This document shows, one piece after another, positions 57,725-64,000 of a stretch of DNA of 64,000 bases. The DNA comes from Nitrososphaeria archaeon. GTDB lineage: Archaea > Thermoproteota > Nitrososphaeria > Nitrososphaerales > JAAOZN01. The notes below the pieces were generated by a model. It did not search any database, was not told where the DNA came from, and was given only the letters and a program-made list of their open reading frames with translations. Positions within the stretch are counted from its first letter, which is position 1. Each line of letters begins with the position of its first letter. The stretch lies in contig JARVJZ010000004.1 of the NCBI GenBank assembly GCA_029775855.1, positions 96,001 through 160,000 of the forward strand. Direction: 5' to 3'. A program made the position numbers and the translations under genes.

Positions 57725-59884
57725 TCAGTCGCCACAGTAGTTGAATTCCGCTACTTCTCTAATCTTAGATGCTGTCTTATCTCCTATTCCCTCAACCGTC
57801 TTTAATTCATCTAAGCTTGCTGAGAAGACCCCCTTAACGTTCTTAAAGTGTTTGAGAAGCCTATCAGCCAAGATAGCATCAATACCCGGCACACCAGCAA
57901 CAACATACTTCTGAATCTCTGGTGTAGTTAATGGTTTTCTGCCCTCCCTAACTCTTACAGCCTTTCTTCCCTCCTCTTGCTCCCTTTTAGCTATATAGTA
58001 GATAATTACAGCTGTCTCTTCATCGTCTTCTGACGTATATATTGGGATGTAAAAGTCTGTTAATGCACTCGCGAGTGAAGAGTAGAAGGCTGGTAGCCCT
58101 ATGCTGGCGCCCTTCTTTCTACTGCCTTGCACGATGAGCAGCGGCTTTGGATACTTATTCTTCATTGCTACCAGTTGGCTGAAGAGCCTGTTATCCATAA
58201 GCGACTTGATGTAGTCTTCAACGGTCTTTCGTTCAACAACAATATCCTCACTCAAGACGAAGTCTCCTATGTCTAGTTGCTCAATGTGGACTTCTGCACC
58301 CATCCTCTCCAGACAATCTACGAGAGATCTTGACTCACGCGTGTCAACATATATTATTGGACCCTTTGTGGGTTTTAAGTATGTGTCTAGGATTTGAGCT
58401 TCTTTCTTAACCTTAAGCTCTTCAATCACTTGCTTTGCTTCCCTCAACCTTTTCTTAGCCAGCCAATAGTATGCTTCATCTCTTGTTCCTTTAACTAAGA
58501 ATGCCACTACTCTACCCGGCGCTCTTCTTCCTGTTCTTCCTCTTCGCTGAACAAAGCGTATCGCGCTAGGCACGTTGTCGTAAAAGACTACCAGCCTACA
58601 TTCAGCTATGTCTAGACCCTCTTCGCCAACTTGTGTTGATATAAGTATGTCAAATTCTCCTCTTCTCATCTCCTCAAGCACCGCTACTTGCTCCTTTTGT
58701 GTAAGACCGCCGCTTCCTCGCTTTCCCACTAAGATTCTTGCTCTTAGACGCTCTGAAGCCAGCTTCTTATAGATCTCTTGAACTGAGGCTCTGTAGCTAG
58801 TGAATACGATAGCCTTTTCTCCTGGAGGTAGGGTTTTAAGCACCTTGATCAGCTCCTCAAGCTTAGGGTGCTCGACCCCTAACTCGAGTGTACCCTTGGC
58901 TATTTCATATGCAGTCCTCAGATGCTCGTTTTGCAGAAGTTCTTTTAACCCTATGCCTTTACCTCTACTTAAGAGCCGCTCCATAAACTGAGTGAATGAT
59001 GCTACTGTCTGAGTCTCTATTAGCCCAAGCATCATGGTTAACCTAATTAGAGAGAAGAGCGCGCTCCGTGCAGCAGGATTTGCTGAATACTCCGGCTTAG
59101 CCCTCAACTCAATTAGATGCTTCATCTTAGGCTGAACACCTATTTCTCCTAAACCAAGTGCAGCAAGCCTACTCACATAGTCTTTTATTGCTTCAAGCAG
59201 TTCACTTCTTATTCTATTCAAGAGAGGGTTAAGTTGAACTTCAATCCATTCGATAGAGGTCTTTTGCACATACCGCGCTATCTGCTCACTATCTTCCCTC
59301 TTCGCCTCCACTCGATTTAGCTTGAGGTTCCTCAGAATCTCCTCTACCTTCTCTTTTTCTGCTGGTAGTGATGCTGTCATCCCAAGCCTCTTTACATTAG
59401 GGTTTTCACCCATTTTCATACTAACCAAAGTGTAAGCGTAGGCTCCAACAGACCTATGCGCTTCGTCAAATATTATGAGTGAAAACTGTTTGGGATCTAT
59501 CAGCCCACGCTCCAAATCAGCAGCCATTATTTGAGGGGTTGCGCAAACCACACGCTTAGACCAAGCAAGCACTCTATCATTTAACTTCATCTCACCAGTT
59601 ACAACAGAAATATCCTCTGAAGATATATCCAACATCCTAGAAAGGAAAGCCTCGTGCTGAGAAGCCAAGACCCTAGTTGGTGTAAGCAAGACGCACTTCT
59701 TATCAGGATACCTATAGAGCATCTCAGCAATTAGAAGGAGAGCTACAGCTGTCTTGCCTAATCCTGTGGGAAGCACGATGAGAAGGTCTTCTTCTAAGCA
59801 GAGTCTAAATAGGTCTAACTGATAATCTCTTTTCTCAAGCGTCTGGCTTTTTAGTAGAGGGTGGCTTACCCACTCCATAGGCAA
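57725..59884 (-). CDS. hef: Hef/FANCM-like helicase-ERCC4 nuclease
   Basis: LPTGLGKT, DEAH, QRRGRTGR, GDF…ERKT, HhH tail. Confidence 0.95.
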   Translation of the reverse strand: MPMEWVSHPLLKSQTLEKRDYQLDLFRLCLEEDLLIVLPTGLGKTAVALLLIAEMLYRYPDKKCVLLTPTRVLASQHEAFLSRMLDISSEDISVVTGEMKLNDRVLAWSKRVVCATPQIMAADLERGLIDPKQFSLIIFDEAHRSVGAYAYTLVSMKMGENPNVKRLGMTASLPAEKEKVEEILRNLKLNRVEAKREDSEQIARYVQKTSIEWIEVQLNPLLNRIRSELLEAIKDYVSRLAALGLGEIGVQPKMKHLIELRAKPEYSANPAARSALFSLIRLTMMLGLIETQTVASFTQFMERLLSRGKGIGLKELLQNEHLRTAYEIAKGTLELGVEHPKLEELIKVLKTLPPGEKAIVFTSYRASVQEIYKKLASERLRARILVGKRGSGGLTQKEQVAVLEEMRRGEFDILISTQVGEEGLDIAECRLVVFYDNVPSAIRFVQRRGRTGRRAPGRVVAFLVKGTRDEAYYWLAKKRLREAKQVIEELKVKKEAQILDTYLKPTKGPIIYVDTRESRSLVDCLERMGAEVHIEQLDIGDFVLSEDIVVERKTVEDYIKSLMDNRLFSQLVAMKNKYPKPLLIVQGSRKKGASIGLPAFYSSLASALTDFYIPIYTSEDDEETAVIIYYIAKREQEEGRKAVRVREGRKPLTTPEIQKYVVAGVPGIDAILADRLLKHFKNVKGVFSASLDELKTVEGIGDKTASKIREVAEFNYCGD

Positions 59885-59906
59885 GAGGAGGCTCCTTTAG
59901 CTTGCT

Positions 59907-60170
59907 TCAGCCAAACCGTCTTGTGAATTCTTCTCTGGGTATCGCAGGGAAGGTTTCGGTTGAGCATATATCTGATAAACCTACGACCACTTCGGTAACC
60001 TTTAGTTGGTCATCAGCCTCAACGTGCCAGATCACGTCGTATCTACCTAAAGTGAAGTACATGCCGTGTGGTTTGAAGCCTGGAGGTGGTTTTTCACATA
60101 GGTTGTTTAGGCGGCTTAGAGTTTCTCTCCCAACCTTGCTTCTAAACTTCATCACGATTATGAAGTCCAT
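59907..60170 (-). CDS. GYD domain protein
   Basis: YFTLGRYDV…TETFPA. Confidence 0.8.
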   Translation of the reverse strand: MDFIIVMKFRSKVGRETLSRLNNLCEKPPPGFKPHGMYFTLGRYDVIWHVEADDQLKVTEVVVGLSDICSTETFPAIPREEFTRRFG

Positions 60171-60212
60171 ACTTACTGTTGCAGGGCTAGAACTATTTAT
60201 ATCTAATATGGG

Positions 60213-60725
60213 CTAAGCAAGGACTAGATTATACAGATATTCCCACCCTATGTGACCTACGTGAGCATAGATGAGGTTAAGAATTATCTTACCGGATATG
60301 GCTGCTAAAAGTGCCTTGAGCTTGGGATACCTCATTGCTCCTAATGGTATCCATATTAGGTCGTCTGGGGTCAGAGGTGTAGCTGCAAAAAGAAATATCA
60401 AGATTACCCCGTATTTGTCAAGTCTCTTTCTCCATTTATCTAACCCCTCCCTCCGCTTTGTTGAGAGGAGATACCTACCACCTAACCCAACATAGTAATG
60501 CAGAAACTGCCCTACGCCAGCACCTAGGCCTCCTAACACTCCTACAATTATAGGGTTAAGCGTCGCCCCTAGAAGCGCGATGACGACATAGGATGGGAAG
60601 ATAGATATGAAGAGGCTGCTTGAGCCTAATACACCAGCTACAAAGGCGCCCACATAGCCAAGATTTGACACAATCTTTAATATAAATGCTATATCAAGCA
60701 ACCTTGGTCTCTCATCTACTTTCAT
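60213..60725 (-). CDS. DedA/VTT family membrane protein
   Basis: GAGVGQFLHYYVG, FAATPLTPDD, GK. Confidence 0.85.
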   Translation of the reverse strand: MKVDERPRLLDIAFILKIVSNLGYVGAFVAGVLGSSSLFISIFPSYVVIALLGATLNPIIVGVLGGLGAGVGQFLHYYVGLGGRYLLSTKRREGLDKWRKRLDKYGVILIFLFAATPLTPDDLIWIPLGAMRYPKLKALLAAISGKIILNLIYAHVGHIGWEYLYNLVLA

Positions 60726-60728
60726 AAA

Positions 60729-61154
60729 TTAAACAGAATGCTCAAAATAGTCTACTTTTAGCTGTAGAATACCCCTTAAAGAAGCTAATTCCTCGCCAAT
60801 TTTCTTTATCTCGAAGCTAGAGCCTCTTACCACAATAACCGCCAAACACTTGATTTCATCGAGATGGATGTGTAGTGTTGAGGACACCAAATTTCTATAT
60901 TTGTGCTGTATGTCGGTTATCTTCTCATCCAGTCCACCTACTTCGTGGTTATAGATCAGCAATATGACCGCTGAACCTCTTGACTTAGGTTCCTGGCTCC
61001 ATTGAAATTCGCTTATGAAGTTTCTCATTGCGGCTTGTATGGCTCTTGAGCGTTCATTATACCCCATAGATGAGGAGACCTTATCAAAGAGGTCCAGTAG
61101 GGTTGGTGGTAAGGATATGCTAATTCTCTTGACATTCTCCTCTTTTTCTTTCAA
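60729..61154 (-). CDS. nikR: Nickel-responsive regulator NikR
   Basis: RISISLP RHH domain; QH…HIHL…C Ni ligands. Confidence 0.92.
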   Translation of the reverse strand: MKEKEENVKRISISLPPTLLDLFDKVSSSMGYNERSRAIQAAMRNFISEFQWSQEPKSRGSAVILLIYNHEVGGLDEKITDIQHKYRNLVSSTLHIHLDEIKCLAVIVVRGSSFEIKKIGEELASLRGILQLKVDYFEHSV

Positions 61155-61198
61155 CCTAGAATAGGCACCATAGACCTTATGTATAAACTTGATGGGAC

Positions 61199-61882
61199 TT
61201 ACTTGCGTCCTGCAACCAAGAGAAGTATGTCCGAGAGGTTATCTACCAGATAGTCTGGTTCAGCATCTAAGTCACTCTTAGAGCCGAAGAATGTGCTTTT
61301 TAAGGCCACAACCACTACCCCGGCCGCTCTACCAGCCTTAACATCTATGGGGCTATCTCCTACAAACATAGCACGACTTTCAGAAACAGCAAACCTTCCT
61401 AAAACCCATTTTATACCATCAGGATAAGGTTTCAACCTAAGCCCATCGTTTCTGGTTATAATAGCGTCAAAGAAGCCTTCTAAACCAAACTTCTTTATCA
61501 TAAACTCAGTAGCTTTCCTACCGTTATTAGTAACTAAAGCGAGCTTCAAACCGAGCTTTTTAAGAGCTTGTAGAACTTGTAATGTGTCTTCAAATAAGCG
61601 CGTCGTAAGAGCAGCTTCCATCTCATATTCGTCAATTACTTCGCTAACACGCCTCATGACTTCATCCAAGTCAAGCGAACCTAATCGCTTGACTTGGAAA
61701 ACAATTTCGTCAAATATATCTTGCGTGGATTTGCGTAGAGCTTCATCAGATAAAGATATTCCCATTTCAGCCAAGATCTTCAGAACACTTATCTTGGCTT
61801 CTTTGAAACGGTATCTGAACTCAACTAAAGTGCCATCAAGATCAAATATAACTAGATCTACTGAACGATTAACGATAACCAA
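61199..61882 (-). CDS. HAD-superfamily phosphatase
   Basis: FDLDGTL, TN, KP, VGDS…D. Confidence 0.9.
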   Translation of the reverse strand: MVIVNRSVDLVIFDLDGTLVEFRYRFKEAKISVLKILAEMGISLSDEALRKSTQDIFDEIVFQVKRLGSLDLDEVMRRVSEVIDEYEMEAALTTRLFEDTLQVLQALKKLGLKLALVTNNGRKATEFMIKKFGLEGFFDAIITRNDGLRLKPYPDGIKWVLGRFAVSESRAMFVGDSPIDVKAGRAAGVVVVALKSTFFGSKSDLDAEPDYLVDNLSDILLLVAGRK

Positions 61883-62339
61883 TTTGCATACCTAAATTTT
61901 TGGGTTCTAATTCAAGCGTGGAATAAGCTTTCCAGATAGCATCAATAGCATCCTTCTCTCCATAAGATTTATGGTGGAGGAGATGCCCGAGACAACCTTG
62001 CTTACAATCTGAGGAGCCAAATCCTTTAATCGGTTGAGCGCCCAATAGTAAGCAGATCCTCTTATTAACTTCACACTCCATTCTCTTCTTAGTAGGTGAG
62101 AAGACGGCTTCCAACACTACACCATCACCATCAAGCAGATAATCTATATGCCAAAATCGCTTTTTATTTGGAACCAGATGTCTCCCAATCCTCCTCTCTA
62201 GGCTCGCTGAACCTTCCCCAAATGCTGAACCTGTGTAGATGTAGTAGCCCTTTTCAATATAAAGCTGTAAGCCAGATCTGAGCCTAATCGGCTTATCCTT
62301 ACATAACTCTATAAATAGACTATACACACCCTTACTCAA
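61869..62339 (-). CDS. DUF123 / Uri GIY-YIG endonuclease-like protein
   Basis: GVYSL…YIYTGSA…RH…WHIDYL…EC…GFGSSDC. Confidence 0.88.
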   Translation of the reverse strand: MSKGVYSLFIELCKDKPIRLRSGLQLYIEKGYYIYTGSAFGEGSASLERRIGRHLVPNKKRFWHIDYLLDGDGVVLEAVFSPTKKRMECEVNKRICLLLGAQPIKGFGSSDCKQGCLGHLLHHKSYGEKDAIDAIWKAYSTLELEPKNLGMQIGYR

Positions 62340-62340
62340 A

Positions 62341-62472
62341 CTAGTCAGCTCGCCCCTTAGCGACCAAGATCAGAATTACAAGCCCAGCAAATCCCAATGC
62401 AACAATAAGTAAAGATATGGGAAACATCAGCTCAGAGCCTTTAACTGCAAGCATCAAAAACTCCTTTAGCAT
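62341..62472 (-). CDS. 43-aa single-TM small protein (not in the ORF track)
   Basis: MLKEFLMLAVKGSELMFPISLLIVALGFAGLVILILVAKGRAD; its stop is 1 nt from the DUF123 start. Confidence 0.5.
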   Translation of the reverse strand: MLKEFLMLAVKGSELMFPISLLIVALGFAGLVILILVAKGRAD

Positions 62473-62568
62473 CCCAAAAGATGTGATTAGACACCATCTT
62501 AAAGTTTAAGTTCGGTAATCAAAAGGGTTAAAAGTTAAGTATAGCCAGTTCGAATCCCATATTGAAGG

Positions 62569-63792
62569 TTGATTAGAGAAATGAACTTGGAACAAGGACC
62601 TTGGGTAGGCGACAAATGGTGGGTCAGCCACTTCAACTATGTAGAAGAGGTAAGAAAGAACTTCAACCTACCTAACAGAGTCGAAATATACGATGTGACT
62701 CTTAGAGACGGGGAGCAGACACCCGGAGTAGTCTTCAAAAAGGAAGAAAAACTGCACATAGCACAGCTCCTAGACGAAGCTGGTGTGCATAGAATCGAAG
62801 CCGGCATGCCAGTAGTCTCATCTGAAGACGCTGAGGCAGTCAAAGCCATAGCCCACGCCGGGCTTAAGGCAAAGATCTTTGGCTTCTGCCGTATGGTGAA
62901 GGGCGATATCGACGCTGCGATAAAAAGTGATGTTCAAGGAGTAATAATAGAGGGACCTGTCGGTGTGCCTAAGCTGAAGCAGTTCGGCTGGCCTTACGAT
63001 GAAGTCGTTAAGAAAGCTATAGAGGCTGTGGATTATGCTAAAGCGCACGGGCTGCAGACAGCATTCTTCTCTGTAGATATGACTAGAGCGGAACTCTCAT
63101 TCATAAAGAGGCTGTTGAGCGAAATAGGCACACAAACAAAGGTTGACTCCTTCATTGTTGTTGATACGTTTGGTTGCGCTTTACCCGAGGCTATGGCCTA
63201 CTTGGTTAGGGAGCTCAAGAAGGTGGTTAAGCAGCCGCTTGAAATGCACTGCCACAACGACTTTGGCTTGGGTACGGCTTGCACATTAGCTGGTATAGCT
63301 GCTGGAGCTGAGGTAGCGCATACGTCTGTTAACGGCATAGGTGAGAGAACTGGAAACGTCTCTTTTGAGGAAGTTGTTATGGGTTTGAAGTATCTTTATG
63401 GTGTCGATTTAGATATAAAGACTGAAAAGTTATATGAGTTATCTAAAGTCGTTGAACAATACTCAAGGTTCAAGGTTCCAGTTAATAAGCCGTTTGTAGG
63501 CGATCGAGCCTTTACCAGAGAAGCAGGAATATCAATCGCTGGTTGGGTTAAGTACTACCTCGGTTCAGAACCTATTCTCCCTGAGTTGGTAGGCAATAGA
63601 CACGGTGTAGTTATGGGGAAGAAGAGTGGTAGGCATTCGGTTGAGTGGAAACTGCAGCAGCTAGGTATGCACGCTCCTCCTGAAAAGATCCCACTGATAC
63701 TTGAGGAGCTTAAAAACGAGTCTGTAAGAAGAAAAGCAGCGATAGAGGATGAAGACTTCAAGAGCATAGTCGCCAAGGTGCTTTCGTCTTAA
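62569..63792 (+). CDS. Homocitrate/isopropylmalate/citramalate synthase family (DRE-TIM) enzyme
   Basis: DVTLRDGEQ, HCHNDFG, GIGERTGN, GKKSG; no LeuA regulatory domain. Confidence 0.88.
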   Translation: MIREMNLEQGPWVGDKWWVSHFNYVEEVRKNFNLPNRVEIYDVTLRDGEQTPGVVFKKEEKLHIAQLLDEAGVHRIEAGMPVVSSEDAEAVKAIAHAGLKAKIFGFCRMVKGDIDAAIKSDVQGVIIEGPVGVPKLKQFGWPYDEVVKKAIEAVDYAKAHGLQTAFFSVDMTRAELSFIKRLLSEIGTQTKVDSFIVVDTFGCALPEAMAYLVRELKKVVKQPLEMHCHNDFGLGTACTLAGIAAGAEVAHTSVNGIGERTGNVSFEEVVMGLKYLYGVDLDIKTEKLYELSKVVEQYSRFKVPVNKPFVGDRAFTREAGISIAGWVKYYLGSEPILPELVGNRHGVVMGKKSGRHSVEWKLQQLGMHAPPEKIPLILEELKNESVRRKAAIEDEDFKSIVAKVLSS

Positions 63793-63898
63793 ATCGGAGT
63801 GTGAGTGGCTTTCTCAATAACCCCATCTCTTCAAAAAGTTTAACTAACAAGAGAAGAAAACACAGCTCAGCAGAAGAGAAGCGGCTAAAGTGAGCCAT

Positions 63899-64000
63899 AT
63901 GCTAGCAATCTTTGACTTAGAGGGTGTTCTTGTCGACGGGGAATTCCTTCCAGAATTAGCCAAGCTTAAAGGTATAGAGGATAGGATCTGGGATATAACG
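63899..64000 (+). CDS. serB: Phosphoserine phosphatase SerB-like HAD (3'-truncated)
   Basis: MLAIFDLEGVLVDGEFLPELAKLKGIEDRIWDIT. Confidence 0.7.
   Translation, partial: MLAIFDLEGVLVDGEFLPELAKLKGIEDRIWDIT

Noticed and set aside
61869-62339. DUF123 GIY-YIG protein as a defence or homing nuclease
   Set aside because: A widespread archaeal family, here in a housekeeping context with no intron or mobile-element signs.
124-63776. Many antisense or alternate-frame ORFs in the track (e.g. 124-507, 9275-9733, 52533-52964, 59902-60216)
   Set aside because: They shadow well-supported genes or low-complexity tracts and carry no protein motifs.

Overview
A 64-kb archaeal chromosome segment. Full-length Hef, Tes, intron-containing tRNAs, SerB and the surface-protein style suggest a non-ammonia-oxidising Nitrososphaeria/TACK lineage; this is an inference. 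Routine content: end of the pst operon, an AOR/ferredoxin/LLM operon, three Liv-type ABC transporters, two MFS permeases, a Re-citrate-synthase-like enzyme and other housekeeping genes. Accessory content: (i) a type I-A CRISPR interference module (csa5-cas7-cas5-cas3'-cas3''-cas8a plus divergent csa3) with no array, cas6 or adaptation genes in the window and a perfect 13-bp palindrome over the csa3 start; (ii) four tRNAs, two of them with both D-loop and anticodon-loop introns, one carrying a box C/D guide and one possibly carrying tandem or nested introns; (iii) an AT-rich radical-SAM mini-island bounded by a degenerate copy of the tRNA-Trp 3' end; (iv) a surface-protein cluster of a 2054-aa giant protein and a cohesin/dockerin-like pair with a Tyr-Gly tract; (v) a tightly coupled four-gene operon just downstream of tRNA-Ser(GGA) (small conserved protein, DUF6884-like, GIY-YIG-like nuclease, unannotated zinc finger) that is a candidate defence system. 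All family assignments come from motif recognition by eye; no database searches were run.
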